Part shown: in pieces, positions 18,052 to 28,964 of the stretch
Layout of the letters: each line of letters begins with the position of its first letter
How positions within the stretch are numbered: position 1 is the stretch's first letter
Origin: Lachnospiraceae bacterium
GTDB taxonomy: Bacteria; Bacillota; Clostridia; Lachnospirales; Lachnospiraceae
Assembly (NCBI GenBank): GCA_024680595.1
Contig: JAILCB010000083.1
Coordinates: forward strand, 1,664 to 65,663
Direction: 5' to 3'
Length of the DNA: 64,000 nt
The notes under the pieces: generated by a model
Seen by the model: only the letters and a program-made list of their open reading frames with translations
Database searches by the model: none
Told to the model about the DNA's origin: nothing
Made by a program: the position numbers and the translations under genes

Positions 18052-19374
18052 ATGTCTACAGTTGCAGTGATTGCTGAATTTAACCCCTTCCACAAAGGTC
18101 ACGCCTACTTTCTCCGTCAAGCCAGACACCTTACCGGGGCCGCCTGCTGCCTTGCTATTATGAGCGGCGATTTCGTTCAAAGGGGAGCTCCGGCCATTTA
18201 TGATATGCATATGCGGGGGGAAATGGCCCTGCGCAATGGTGCAGACCTAGTCTTGGAATTACCTGTCCGCTATGCCTGCTCCTCTGCAGAGAAGTTCGCC
18301 TCCGGCGCAGTCTTTCTCCTTAATAAGCTAGGAGTAGTTGATTATCTTGCCTTTGGGGCAGAATGTGACAGTCTTGAAAGCCTCTCGCGCATTGCAGATA
18401 TTCTCTATGAAGAGCCTGAAAGCTATAGAAATATCCTAAAGGAATATCTACGCTCCGGCATGAGCTTTCCTGCGGCCCGGGAGGCGGCTATAAAGGCCTT
18501 TTTTCAGGAGGCCGGCCATGATGAGGCCGGCTCTCTTCCTGGTCTATTAGGGCAGCCTAATAATATTCTAGCTATTGAATATCTGAAGGCCCTGCGGTTA
18601 TATGCCAGTCCCATTAAACCCCTTCTCATCCCCCGCTGCGGAGACTATCACTACAGTTTCCCCGGTATCAGAGAAGAATCGGATCCCTCACAGGTCAAGG
18701 ACCCCTCCTTTCTCTCGGCTGAATCTATTAGAGTGCTCATGAAGGCTTCCTTTCAGGAGCCGAATCAATGGAAGGAAGCCCTGCCGGATTCTGTCTTTTC
18801 TATTATTACAGCAGAAAAATATGGGGCCTGCCTCATGGATGAGGATTTCTTTTCGGGAATTCTCCGGTATGTCCTTACCATGTCCGATATTCGGGATTTA
18901 AGTGAAATAGAAGGGATTTCCTCTGATTTGGCGGCCAGAATTATAGACAGGAGAAATGAATTCTCCTCTTTTTCTCAATTCACAGGATTACTAAAGAGCA
19001 AGGAGATTACCTATACAGCAATTTCCCGGGCCCTGATTCACCTAATCCTGCACCTCAAAAAGACAGACACCGTTAGGATACATCCTGCAAGGCCGGAAGC
19101 CCTTTCCAGTCCGGAAACACGCCCTCCTTCTGCCTATGTCCGCCTTTTAGGCCTGCGCAAAAGTTCTTCCTCCATCCTCCACGAGATTCGGAAAAGATCC
19201 TCTCTCACCCTAATATCCAAAGCGGCCCAGGCCCGGGGGCTGCTTTCCGAAAAAGACTACGCCTCCTTTCTGCAGGACATTCAGGCCGCCCATATTTATG
19301 AAGGACTCCTATCCCAAAAGACAGGTCTGCCCTTCCGGCATGAATTTACCAGGAAGATTGTTATTTTGGAATGA
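18052..19374 (+). CDS. tmcAL: tRNA(Met) cytidine acetate ligase (HIGH nucleotidyltransferase, YlbM family)
   Basis: VIAEFNPFHKGH, MSGDFVQRG, GADLVLELP, PNNILAIEY, SAESIR, YVRLLG; ATG at 18052 preferred over the ORF-track TTG. Confidence 0.85.
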   Translation: MSTVAVIAEFNPFHKGHAYFLRQARHLTGAACCLAIMSGDFVQRGAPAIYDMHMRGEMALRNGADLVLELPVRYACSSAEKFASGAVFLLNKLGVVDYLAFGAECDSLESLSRIADILYEEPESYRNILKEYLRSGMSFPAAREAAIKAFFQEAGHDEAGSLPGLLGQPNNILAIEYLKALRLYASPIKPLLIPRCGDYHYSFPGIREESDPSQVKDPSFLSAESIRVLMKASFQEPNQWKEALPDSVFSIITAEKYGACLMDEDFFSGILRYVLTMSDIRDLSEIEGISSDLAARIIDRRNEFSSFSQFTGLLKSKEITYTAISRALIHLILHLKKTDTVRIHPARPEALSSPETRPPSAYVRLLGLRKSSSSILHEIRKRSSLTLISKAAQARGLLSEKDYASFLQDIQAAHIYEGLLSQKTGLPFRHEFTRKIVILE

Positions 19375-19384
19375 AGACAATATC

Positions 19385-19393
19385 TGCTATAAT
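19385..19393 (+). promoter_or_regulatory. Extended -10 promoter (TGCTATAAT)
   Basis: TGCTATAAT lies directly after the tmcAL stop and upstream of the repeat array and membrane-protein gene. Confidence 0.55.
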
Positions 19394-19411
19394 AACTTAC
19401 GATTATTCAAA

Positions 19412-19625
19412 TCCCGCTTTTGAGACACGGCCCAGAAACGTACCGTTTTTGAGACTCGGCGTAAGTCCCGCTTGTGAGACATGCTGCGGAAAAGTACCGT
19501 TTTTGAGACTCAGCGTAAGTCCCGCTTGTGAGACATAATGCAGAAAAGTCCCCCTTGTGAGACATGCTGTAGAAAAGCCCGCTTGTGAGACATGCTGCGG
19601 AAAAGACCCCCTTGTGAGGCTTGAC
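19412..19625 (+). repeat. Tandem array, 8 units of 25-29 bp with a TGAGAC core
   Basis: TGAGAC at 19421, 19450, 19475, 19504, 19529, 19558 and 19586; TGAGGC at 19615. Confidence 0.9.
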
Positions 19626-19673
19626 GCAGAGTTCAGGTCGAGCCCTTATTAAATATATTAAAGGAGAATCATT

Positions 19674-21194
19674 TTGAATAAATCTACTGTGCTAGCAAAA
19701 ATAAAGGAAAACCGTATCCCCCTGATCCTGTCCCTCATTCATTGGATAATTACTTTCTTTACAGATAGGATGGTCTTTACAGTTGCCCCTCTGTCTCAGC
19801 CCCTGCAGTACATTCCCTGCAAAATCCTGCTCCTCCTTCTGCTCTTTTTCTGCTGGAGGGCAATTCTAAAGCCCAGTGAGAACACAAAGAAAATCCTCAA
19901 ATTCGCCTTGCTTTATTTTATTCCCATTATAGCGGTTCTAATTTTCAAGCTGCCGGAGGGATTCCTGAGTAATGACGAGAGCCTGATTTTTGCAGAAGCC
20001 TCCGCCCTTTCTAATTATACCTGGTTCTCCTATCTCACCACCTGGTACTATATTATCTGCATGATGCTAATCCCATCCTGGCTTGGCCCGATTCTAGTCA
20101 AGGTGGCTATCCAGGTATTGGTGGCAGGTTACTGTGTTTTCAGGCTTTCCTCCTATCTGGATTTCCGATATGGCAAATTCCTATACCTTCCCTTTCTCAT
20201 ACCCCCGGTTTTGGCTTACACTACCTCGGCCCACCGTATTCCTGTATATTTTCTTCTCTATATTTTTCTTATTTTCTCCCTCCTCATGGATAAAGTGGAG
20301 AAGAAAGCAATTTCCCTGTCAAAGCTATTTTGGCTGCTCCCTCTTGGAGCGGTTCTGACCCAGTGGAGGACAGAGGGAATCTATCTGGCTATCAGTCTTC
20401 CCATTCTCCTGCTCCTTTCCTACCAGGAGCTGAGGAAAAAGAAATCCTGCCTGCTTCTGATTCTCTTCTCTCTTCTGGCCCAATACATAGTTTCCGTTCC
20501 CCAGAACGGACTTTTGCCCAGCCGGATGGATGACAAGGCCAATAACCGTATGGCCCCTTTCTATGCCTACACGGTTACTAATATGTACAGAAATGGCCTA
20601 AATCTTGAGGAGAATGCCGAGGATTTGGAAAAAATCGACCGCTACCTAGACCTTTCTATAGTAGAGGACATTAATAGGGAACTGGGCGATATTAATTATG
20701 AGGATGTCCTAATCCTCTATTATCCGGGCTTCACAGGGGTCAGGGAAAATGCCACAGGCGAGGACTACCTGGCCTACACGGAAGGCTGCAAGAACTTATT
20801 TTTCAAGAATCCCGGGGTCTTCTTCAGAACCAGGATAGGCGCACTACACTATTCCGCCATGCCCTACCGCATTGAATGGACACAGGGTGGGGCAAAGGGG
20901 CTGGCCCTTTTCCTGGTAAGCATCGTGAAAACCCTTGCCTATTGCCTCTATCCGGCCCTCCTGCTGCTTGTAATTCTGGCCCTTTACTCTCTAATAAAAA
21001 GGCGCTGGTTCACCTTTTTCATGACAGGCGGCCTTTGCGGACACTTCCTGATAGTTTTTGTCCTGGCTCCCGCCTCCTATTTCAAGTATTATTTTCCAAT
21101 CTATATGACCATGTATTTCTATCTGGCGCTTATCCTTATCTCTGCTGTCAGAAACCATTTCCACCCCGAGGAAAAGGTAAGTTTCCTGGTATGA
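19674..21194 (+). CDS. Polytopic membrane protein, possibly a GT-C-fold glycosyltransferase
   Basis: AAGGAG RBS with TTG start; roughly 12 hydrophobic segments, an acidic NDE motif after the N-terminal TMs, and a large loop before the C-terminal TMs. Function is inferred only. Confidence 0.6.
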   Translation: MNKSTVLAKIKENRIPLILSLIHWIITFFTDRMVFTVAPLSQPLQYIPCKILLLLLLFFCWRAILKPSENTKKILKFALLYFIPIIAVLIFKLPEGFLSNDESLIFAEASALSNYTWFSYLTTWYYIICMMLIPSWLGPILVKVAIQVLVAGYCVFRLSSYLDFRYGKFLYLPFLIPPVLAYTTSAHRIPVYFLLYIFLIFSLLMDKVEKKAISLSKLFWLLPLGAVLTQWRTEGIYLAISLPILLLLSYQELRKKKSCLLLILFSLLAQYIVSVPQNGLLPSRMDDKANNRMAPFYAYTVTNMYRNGLNLEENAEDLEKIDRYLDLSIVEDINRELGDINYEDVLILYYPGFTGVRENATGEDYLAYTEGCKNLFFKNPGVFFRTRIGALHYSAMPYRIEWTQGGAKGLALFLVSIVKTLAYCLYPALLLLVILALYSLIKRRWFTFFMTGGLCGHFLIVFVLAPASYFKYYFPIYMTMYFYLALILISAVRNHFHPEEKVSFLV

Positions 21195-21231
21195 GCGAAT
21201 TGTCCGCCGGTCGGCTTTAGCCAACAAATTT

Positions 21232-21461
21232 CATCTCAAGTCCTTCGGACTTTCGATGATGGGCTGTCGCCAAGACCTCATCGGGACGCAAGCGTCCCAT
21301 GAGGCTTTGGCTCCTAGCCTACAATCGAGCAGGGGAGGAAAGCCCCCTACTCGATTCTGGCTACGCCCACATCTCAAGTCCTTCGGACTTTCGATGATGG
21401 GCTGTCGCCAAGGCCTCATCGGGACGCAAGCGTCCCATGAGGCTTTGGCTCCTAGCCTACA
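21232..21461 (-). repeat. Repeat family A, about 1.7 tandem units (period 138)
   Basis: CATCTCAAGTCCTTCGGACTTTCGATGATGGGCTGTCGCC at 21232 and 21370. Confidence 0.9.
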
Positions 21462-21462
21462 C

Positions 21463-21509
21463 AAAAATAAAGGGAAGACCTCTCATATCCGAGAATTCTT
21501 CCCTTTATT
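21463..21509 (-). terminator. Terminator downstream of the HPr gene
   Basis: AATAAAGGGAAGA...TCTTCCCTTTATT inverted repeat with an A tract on its left. Confidence 0.7.
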
Positions 21510-21587
21510 ACTCATTAACAGACCACCCCTCGTGACCGGAGCTTTCCATATCTGACTCTATACCGGAATGACTGACCCTATATAAGT

Positions 21588-21851
21588 CTATTCGCCCAAG
21601 CCGCTCTCTATGGCGTTCACAAGGGTTTGCATGGCAAGCTCCTCGTCAGGCCCCTCACAGATAAGCTCTATCTCATCCCCACACTTCACACAGGCTCCCA
21701 AAACGCTCAATACACTCTTTGCATTGGCAGTATTTTCTCTAAAACGAAATGAAATGTGTGACTGAAATTCCATAGCCTCTTTACAGAGTATTCCTGCAGG
21801 ACGCAGATGAAGTCCCGTTGGATTCTTGATTACAATATTTCTGCTAAGCAT
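21588..21851 (-). CDS. ptsH: HPr family phosphocarrier protein
   Basis: GLHLRPA (His15 region) and NAKSVLSV (Ser46 region); 87 aa. Confidence 0.9.
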   Translation of the reverse strand: MLSRNIVIKNPTGLHLRPAGILCKEAMEFQSHISFRFRENTANAKSVLSVLGACVKCGDEIELICEGPDEELAMQTLVNAIESGLGE

Positions 21852-22211
21852 ATTCCCTTTCCCCCGGTTTTTTCTCCTATTCTTTATGAGATAGGGAACT
21901 CTATCGGAAGTCCCTATCCCTATTATCCCAGCCCCCTGCTAAACGGGGCGTATCCCGCATATGCTGCGGAATTTACAATTCCTTACCCTATTCAATCAGA
22001 CTCTAAATCAGCAATAGATATTCCCCACAAATAATGCAGGATTGGCAAATACAATTCTTTACCACATTCACCGGGTCATCCCGCTAATCCTTCAACTCCG
22101 GCTCTTTCCTTGACAAATAGATATTTTATGTCTACCAATATACTATAAAAATAGCATAATTACAAGGATAAATAGGTGTCTAATTCGTTTAATTCCACCA
22201 AATTCCCTGCC

Positions 22212-23561
22212 TTAGAAAACAGTCTTTTCAATTAATTCCGCAAGGGCTGCAGCATCCCGGTCTATGACTTCCTGATCCTTTCCCTCAATCATGACTCTGA
22301 CCAGGGGCTCCGTTCCTGAGGGCCTGATTAATACCCTACCGTCGCCGGCATACTTATTCTCCAGGCCTTCAATAGCCTCTTTAATTTCAGGATAGTCCAA
22401 ATAGGCATCCTTCTTGTGGTTGGGAATCTTGGCATTATAGAGGGCCTGGGGCAGGGTCTCCATGATAGAAGAGAGCTCCGACAGCTTCTTTCCGCTCATT
22501 TTCATCACCTCCAGAAGATGAAGGGCTGAGAGAAGACCGTCCCCGGTTGTATTTTCATCCAAAAAGATTATATGTCCTGACTGCTCTCCTCCCAGAGAAG
22601 CGCCTATTTCCTTCATATGCTCCAGCACATAACGGTCTCCCACCTTGGTCTGGTCGACCTTTATACCCTTTTCCCTGGCCATCAAAAGAAAGCCCAGATT
22701 CGTCATGACGGTAACGACAATGGTGTCCTTTTTGAGCTTTCCCCGCTCCTTCATATAATTCCCGATGATGGCCATGATTTCATCGCCGTTCACTACCCTG
22801 CCGTTCTCATCGGCAGCCAGCAGTCTGTCGGCATCCCCATCGAAAGCCAGCCCCAGATCCGCCCTTTCCATGACCACTCTGGCACAGAGCTCCTCCATAT
22901 GAGTGGAGCCGCAGTTACTATTGATATTGGTGCCATCCGGATTATTATGAAGGGCAATGACATTGGCCCCCAGCTCCTGCAGGGTTTCCACAGATGTCTG
23001 ATAAGCCGCGCCCTCCGCACAGTCCACCACTATCTTTAAGCCATCCAGACTGGTATCGATTTGACGCATAGAATGATTAATATACTCTTCCCGGGCATCT
23101 CTCCTATATTTGATTTTTCCAACTCTGGAGCCTGTGGGCTGTGGCAGACCCCGGTTTCCCTCTTTCACATGGGCCTCAATCCTGTCCTCAATCTCATCCG
23201 AAAGCTTATAGCCGTCTCCATTAAAGAATTTGATTCCATTAAACTCCACGGGATTATGGGATGCAGAAATGACTACGCCTGCATCGACCTTATATTTTCT
23301 GGTAAGATAAGCGATTGCAGGCGTAGGCAATACCCCCACATAAACCGCATTTGCGCCCACAGAACATATTCCCGCCATCAAAGCATTTGCCAGCATATCT
23401 CCGGAAATTCGGGTATCACATCCAACCATGATGGTAGGACGATAGGAATGCTCCTCCGTCAGGACATATGCCCCCGCAGCGCCAAGCTGCATTGCAAGCA
23501 GGGGAGTGAGCTCTGTATTTGCCACCCCCCTTACTCCATCTGTCCCAAATAATCTTGCCAT
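22212..23561 (-). CDS. glmM: Phosphoglucosamine mutase
   Basis: [40 protein letters not shown]; third gene of the cdaA-cdaR-glmM cluster. Confidence 0.95.
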   Translation of the reverse strand: MARLFGTDGVRGVANTELTPLLAMQLGAAGAYVLTEEHSYRPTIMVGCDTRISGDMLANALMAGICSVGANAVYVGVLPTPAIAYLTRKYKVDAGVVISASHNPVEFNGIKFFNGDGYKLSDEIEDRIEAHVKEGNRGLPQPTGSRVGKIKYRRDAREEYINHSMRQIDTSLDGLKIVVDCAEGAAYQTSVETLQELGANVIALHNNPDGTNINSNCGSTHMEELCARVVMERADLGLAFDGDADRLLAADENGRVVNGDEIMAIIGNYMKERGKLKKDTIVVTVMTNLGFLLMAREKGIKVDQTKVGDRYVLEHMKEIGASLGGEQSGHIIFLDENTTGDGLLSALHLLEVMKMSGKKLSELSSIMETLPQALYNAKIPNHKKDAYLDYPEIKEAIEGLENKYAGDGRVLIRPSGTEPLVRVMIEGKDQEVIDRDAAALAELIEKTVF

Positions 23562-23855
23562 ATAACCTCCTAAATTATTCAAATTTCGCTCGCGAGACCT
23601 GGTGGAGAATTCAGGTCAGCGCCAGCTGACATCTTCCAAACCGAATCCCTGCGGTTTCGGCTCCGCTAGGAGCGGTGCAAAACCAGTGTCCTCCCCTCCT
23701 TCTGCAGTCTCGCGGAGCCTATATCTCAGCGGAAGACTGGACTTGCACCCGCCGTTGCTCACTGTCCCAACACCGCATGAGTTTCGCAGGGCGTTTATCT
23801 CAGCGGAAGATTGTACCCTGCCCCTTTATAGGGCAGGATTTGCCTTCCCAAAACA

Positions 23856-25517
23856 CTAGTTATTTGTTATCGCCCCAAATCCGGCACTTTTTCTGGTAGA
23901 GCTTTTGGCATTCACAATATTGTTGCTGGTGCTATCATTATTATCTTCTGAATCTTCCTCTTCCGGCTTTCTATTTCCCGATGCGGAGTCACCTGCCAGG
24001 CCTTCATTATCCGGCTTCTGCCCCATACTCTCATCTCCGACATCAGGATTCCTGACAGAGCTTTTCTCACCGTCAGAACTCTTGTCTTCTCCGGCCTTCT
24101 CCTCCTCAGAAGAGCTTTCTCCTTCTGCCACCTCCGTGTCGTCCTCCCTATTGGCGGAATCCCCTTCATTGTCCGGGCTAGCGCTATTAAAGGTGCCTCC
24201 GGTCATATCCACATTGCCCTCATCCATTCCGGGCACCGCAACCTGCAACAGGATATGTACAGTCCCGGTTCCCGTCTGCTCCACCCCTTCGGGCAGATCC
24301 AGGGTCACCGGAACCTCATATACATTAGGAATTATGGTTCCGTTCTCACCGGCCTGAATAACACTCAAATCAGCTATTCCAGTGATTCCAACGGGATCGA
24401 TGGCTTCTATGTCCTTACTCAGCCCCCGCACTTCAATGGTAACCGGCTCCTGGGTATCCTGCACGGTGGCCACCATGCCCTCAGGCACATTCCCTGCCGC
24501 TATATTCTGCAGGGGTATGGCAAGTTCTCTGCTTGAATGCGGTTCCACATATACGGTGATTACTGCCTCGGACTCAGTCTCCGGATAGACCAGGGAGACC
24601 CCATCCGGCAGATAAGAGGTTAAATTCACGGTTTTGGATACGGAATCCGTCACACCCTCAAGGCTCACCAAATCCGAAGGAATGGATATAGCGCTAATAT
24701 TCTTTAGGATGCTATCGGGAGCCGTGATGGAGATGGAGGCAGGACTAATCTCCGTCTGCCCGGTTGCCCCAAATCCCTGGGCCGGCACACCCGAAACCCC
24801 ATAGTGAAGAGGAACCTCCTTAATTGCCCATATCTCCGCAGAAACATAGGTCTGAGTGATGGAAAGGGTCAGGGTAGAAGTATCTACACTTTCACCATTC
24901 TCATCTAGAAGGATTATATTTTCAGTCGAATGTATTTCTCCACTCATTCCGGACACATTGATGCGTGCCACTGCGTTCTCTATCCTAGAAACAATAGATG
25001 CGGGTCCTTTGACCTGTACCACATTATCCCGAATAGTGGATTTTCCAACAATATATCCCTCTGCAGGATCCCCTACGGTCTCTGCGTGAATCTTGCAATA
25101 AATCTTTTCTAAATCCTCCACAAAAACAGTAGCATACTCCTGTCTGGGATATACACTCTGAATTCGATCTGCATACCTGGTTGCCTTCACCTCAATGGGA
25201 ACCTGATTGCCGCTCAGTTTCGCCATATCTATGCTGGCCTTGAAATTATCCCTGGAAAGATCCGATAATACAGACCGTTCTGCCCGGACGCTTACAGTCA
25301 CCGTCTTACTGGAATCCGACAGTTCGAAAGCCTTGCCTTCCTTCTCCATGAGATCCGCGTTCTCCACCGTAATGGGAACGGATGCAAAGGGCAGGGTCAT
25401 GACAGGATTGTCGATACTGACAACCCCGACCCAGAGCAGGAAAGCTAAGAGTAAAGACAGTATTTTCAATCCCAGATTTCCGGTCAGTTTTTTCAAAATC
25501 CCCTTCAATCTGCTCAT
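23856..25517 (-). CDS. cdaR: CdaR/YbbR-like regulator of the diadenylate cyclase, with an acidic low-complexity tail
   Basis: N-terminal TM (NLGLKILSLLLAFLLW), YbbR-like repeats, and position between cdaA and glmM. Confidence 0.85.
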   Translation of the reverse strand: MSRLKGILKKLTGNLGLKILSLLLAFLLWVGVVSIDNPVMTLPFASVPITVENADLMEKEGKAFELSDSSKTVTVSVRAERSVLSDLSRDNFKASIDMAKLSGNQVPIEVKATRYADRIQSVYPRQEYATVFVEDLEKIYCKIHAETVGDPAEGYIVGKSTIRDNVVQVKGPASIVSRIENAVARINVSGMSGEIHSTENIILLDENGESVDTSTLTLSITQTYVSAEIWAIKEVPLHYGVSGVPAQGFGATGQTEISPASISITAPDSILKNISAISIPSDLVSLEGVTDSVSKTVNLTSYLPDGVSLVYPETESEAVITVYVEPHSSRELAIPLQNIAAGNVPEGMVATVQDTQEPVTIEVRGLSKDIEAIDPVGITGIADLSVIQAGENGTIIPNVYEVPVTLDLPEGVEQTGTGTVHILLQVAVPGMDEGNVDMTGGTFNSASPDNEGDSANREDDTEVAEGESSSEEEKAGEDKSSDGEKSSVRNPDVGDESMGQKPDNEGLAGDSASGNRKPEEEDSEDNNDSTSNNIVNAKSSTRKSAGFGAITNN

Positions 25518-26389
25518 GATTTTTCACCGCCTTTTCCCTTCCAGAAGAGAAATCTGCGTTCCTCGACGGTTTTATTCTGGAGTCTGGTCATATGCTCCCT
25601 CAAAAAATCCGCCTCCACATTTCGGAAAAGCTCCCCCTCATAGGCCACGGAAACATAGCCTGTTTCCTCGGAAACAATTATGGTAAGCGAATCAGTCACC
25701 TCTGAAATACCCAGTCCGGCTCTGTGTCTTGTCCCCAATTCCTTGGAAATGGACATGTTATCGGAAAGAGGGAGATAGCAGGTTGCGGATGTCACCCGAT
25801 TTCCCTTTACAATGATAGCCCCATCGTGGAGAGGTGTATTATGTTCAAAAATATTAATCAGCAATTGGCTGGAGACAATGGAATCCAGCTCAATTCCTGT
25901 CCTTTCATAATCCGTCAGGGGATCATTCTGGGCAATGACAATGAGCGCACCGGTCCTTACCCGCCCCATGGAATAACTGGCGCGGATAATCTCACTCATT
26001 GTACGATCCGAGAAACGTTCCTCGTAACTCTGGGAATTAAAAGAAAGAAAAGAATGCAGAATGTTTTTTCTGCCCAAGACATCCAAGGCACGGCGGAGTT
26101 CGGGCTGAAATATAACAACCATGGCCATGATAGCCACGTTCAGGGCATTTCGCACAATCCATATGATGGTATTCATCTGGAAGATGTAAGCCATAATAAT
26201 GAACAGCGCAATAACAACGATCCCTCTTAGGAGGGACCAGGCTTTGGTATTCTTGATCCAAACCATCACCTCATAGATCAGGACTGTGATAATCAAGATC
26301 TCCACATAATCCGTGACCACCATCCGGGGGATGGAATCAAAAGAAATTATCTTTTTTAAATTTTCGATAAAAGGCTCGAATCCCATCAT
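25514..26389 (-). CDS. cdaA: Diadenylate cyclase
   Basis: Three TMs, FQPELRRAL, TPLHDGA, GTRHRA, VSEETG. Confidence 0.95.
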   Translation of the reverse strand: MMGFEPFIENLKKIISFDSIPRMVVTDYVEILIITVLIYEVMVWIKNTKAWSLLRGIVVIALFIIMAYIFQMNTIIWIVRNALNVAIMAMVVIFQPELRRALDVLGRKNILHSFLSFNSQSYEERFSDRTMSEIIRASYSMGRVRTGALIVIAQNDPLTDYERTGIELDSIVSSQLLINIFEHNTPLHDGAIIVKGNRVTSATCYLPLSDNMSISKELGTRHRAGLGISEVTDSLTIIVSEETGYVSVAYEGELFRNVEADFLREHMTRLQNKTVEERRFLFWKGKGGEKS

Positions 26390-26442
26390 TAGTTTATTTA
26401 TATTATTATTCGTGTCCTAATGGATCACGGAAATGTGCTCTA

Positions 26443-28011
26443 TTACAGCCGGTTTCCCGACCCTGTCGTTGGAGATTTGGAGCCGGACTGACCCGTTCCT
26501 GTAGCAGGATTGGAAGAACCCGCTCCACGCCGTACAGTTCTCCCCTTTCTGTCAAAGGTAGCATACTCGCTTCCCGTACCCCTCAGAGAGTAACTGCTGG
26601 GCCTGTTTCCTATATTTTTTCCGGCTGCGCTCTCCGTACCCCGTCCATCATTTCTTCCTGTTAAGAATCCCGGACGAGTCCCGCTGCCCCTATCTGTAGA
26701 TGTACCGGCCCTGTTTCTGGCAGACGTCCCGGAAGTCCTCTCTGTACCGCTCTTTCCAAAAAGATCTCTTCTACTGTCATAATTTCGAGAAGATGAAGAG
26801 GCCGTCTTTTCCTCAAGAGAGGCTAATCCCGCCCCCATATTACGGGACCGGTATCCTCCTGAGTTCTTCCTGTCAGATGCCCCTGACCCGGAGCCCTGTT
26901 TACCGTTACCGGAAGAGCCATGCAAAGAGGATTCCCCCTTGAGAGCATCCTTCCGGCTTAGCACATCCAAATCCCCTGTTTTTCTGGAAAAATTAGGGGC
27001 TATCCTGCTCTTCCTGTTACCGGATCCACTTACTCCGCCTGTTCCCTCTTTTGGAGGATTCTTCCCTTTTCTATCCACGGGAGACCTGGGCTCCACTATC
27101 TGCTTCACCGTCTTTTCCTCAGCCGCGACGGTCAGCTTGGGCACAGCCTTCACATAGAAATAATACTCATCATCCTCAAATTGCAGATACTCCGTTCTGG
27201 AATAGTCTACAGAGAATATGAAGAATTCCATTCCGATAGCAATCAATAGGGAGAATAGGGTTCCAAAAATAACGCCCACTATTGACAAATTCAGGTCATA
27301 CTTCAAATCACCCACCAGGATGATTACGATATTTACGAGTGCTCCTGCCGATAGGGCAATAATTCTACTATAATTAAGAGAAAGCCGCCTCAAAAGGCAG
27401 ATCACAACCACTGTCACGGCAAAAGCCAAAGCCATTACCCGCATGGTCTGGTTCTCCAGAATTCCATTCAAAATACCCCTAACCTCCGGAATCATGGCTT
27501 CCAGCTCCACATCGGAGAAGGATGAACTATTAACCATGACAAAATCCAGGGTATAATGCACAATCACGCCACATACCACTGAGACAACGGAAAAAATATT
27601 CCCCTTAATTCCCAGGCATAAGGGCACTGCATAGGGTATATGCATCAGGAAAGCTAAAGGAGTCAGAAGTACTCCTATTCCATCCTTTGGTGCAAATCGG
27701 AAATATAGAAAAAAAAGTAGTATAAATAGCAGCAGAATCACTGCCGCACATATCAAGGACAGCTTATAGATGTGCAGTACCGTAAACATGGCGGCAATTA
27801 CCAGAATCGCATTTACCGGTAGAATCGAATTAATAAAAGCCACCATAATCATCAGTACCGGATTCTTCAGCTGATCCATATATCCGATATTATGATTAAT
27901 AAGAAGATATGTGATGAGGGCCAGCAGAAATTTCAGGGCAGGGGTAATGTAGAGCTCATACTTCCCGTATAACTGCTTGAGCTGGTCCCTCATCATTAAT
28001 ATATTGGTCAT
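26443..28011 (-). CDS. Membrane protein with a long Gly/Ser/Arg-rich C-terminal tail
   Basis: About 9 TM segments, then DYSRTEYLQFEDDEYYFYVKAVPK, then about 210 aa of low-complexity sequence. Confidence 0.75.
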   Translation of the reverse strand: MTNILMMRDQLKQLYGKYELYITPALKFLLALITYLLINHNIGYMDQLKNPVLMIMVAFINSILPVNAILVIAAMFTVLHIYKLSLICAAVILLLFILLFFLYFRFAPKDGIGVLLTPLAFLMHIPYAVPLCLGIKGNIFSVVSVVCGVIVHYTLDFVMVNSSSFSDVELEAMIPEVRGILNGILENQTMRVMALAFAVTVVVICLLRRLSLNYSRIIALSAGALVNIVIILVGDLKYDLNLSIVGVIFGTLFSLLIAIGMEFFIFSVDYSRTEYLQFEDDEYYFYVKAVPKLTVAAEEKTVKQIVEPRSPVDRKGKNPPKEGTGGVSGSGNRKSRIAPNFSRKTGDLDVLSRKDALKGESSLHGSSGNGKQGSGSGASDRKNSGGYRSRNMGAGLASLEEKTASSSSRNYDSRRDLFGKSGTERTSGTSARNRAGTSTDRGSGTRPGFLTGRNDGRGTESAAGKNIGNRPSSYSLRGTGSEYATFDRKGRTVRRGAGSSNPATGTGQSGSKSPTTGSGNRL

Positions 28012-28409
28012 CGCGTCTGTCTTTCATTCATGGCACTTAGACGTTTTAAGGCCTGATGGTAAATCCGCACGTGCTTTTTCGCCTGAGTATAACGGTAGGA
28101 ATAAAGAACATAGGCGAAAACCACATACAAAATCAAAACTACGAGATATATATTTACGAAACGCCGGGCTATACTCACAAAATCTGTCTGATAGAATTCC
28201 TCTATAAGTGTCTCAAATTGACAAAATAGCCATACGCCAACAACGAGAAGAAATGATAATGTCACCCCCACCGCAGTCTTCAGCATATTCAGTCCTACAT
28301 AGTCACTGCGGAAGTACTGGGTAATGGGGATCATCTTCTCCCCTTCATTGGCCTCAAAAGAGGCCATTCTGGTCATTAATTTAATCTTTTCTTCATCAAT
28401 CATAGCCAT
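28008..28409 (-). CDS. Hypothetical two-TM membrane protein
   Basis: 133-aa ORF with 2 hydrophobic segments; its stop overlaps the next start (ATGA). Confidence 0.75.
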   Translation of the reverse strand: MAMIDEEKIKLMTRMASFEANEGEKMIPITQYFRSDYVGLNMLKTAVGVTLSFLLVVGVWLFCQFETLIEEFYQTDFVSIARRFVNIYLVVLILYVVFAYVLYSYRYTQAKKHVRIYHQALKRLSAMNERQTR

Positions 28410-28427
28410 TCAACCGTTTATTGAATC

Positions 28428-28841
28428 CTAGCGGAGGAATCTCATCTTGGGGCTAGCCTTGCCATCATCCTTCTTCTTCGGTGCCGGAGCGGCAGGCTTC
28501 TGAATAGAATCTCCCAATCTCTTTCCCATTTCCGTCCTGCAGGCATCACAGAAACGACCCGTTAGAATAGGCTTCCCACAATTCTCACATACCATGCCGG
28601 ATCCCTCTGCCGTGGAGAATACCAGCCTCTCCTCGCGGACCCACTGTTTAATCTGACCGGGTTCCACCTCGCAGGCCTCTGCAGTCTGATGAAGAGTTAC
28701 TCCGGGATTAGAATTAATGAATTCCTTGACCTTCTGGAACTCCTCTTCCTGCTTTTCACTACATGCGGGACAAATGGCGGGGCCAGAAATATAATTAAAA
28801 ATCTTCCCGCACTTCCTGCAATTCTTAATATTCATGTCCAT
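28428..28841 (-). CDS. yvyF: Flagellar operon Zn-ribbon protein (YvyF family)
   Basis: NCRKCGKIF...ICPAC, WVREERL, CENCG...GRFCDAC; lies downstream of comF. Confidence 0.85.
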   Translation of the reverse strand: MDMNIKNCRKCGKIFNYISGPAICPACSEKQEEEFQKVKEFINSNPGVTLHQTAEACEVEPGQIKQWVREERLVFSTAEGSGMVCENCGKPILTGRFCDACRTEMGKRLGDSIQKPAAPAPKKKDDGKASPKMRFLR

Positions 28842-28964
28842 CCTCCTTCATTCTTCCGGACCCCCGGAGTGTGATAAATGACCGGTTCAATGATTACTAT
28901 CCAGACCGTTTCTTTACTTCCTCAAAGCCTTTGCCTTAAAAGAAGAGAGCCCTAGCTCAGTAGA

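Noticed and set aside
19412-19625. Degenerate CRISPR array
   Set aside because: Units are only 25-29 bp, and the inter-core sequences are themselves repeated.
23583-23855. glmS ribozyme or other riboswitch near glmM
   Set aside because: No glmS gene here and no recognisable consensus; only a short duplicated TATCTCAGCGGAAGA and small hairpins.
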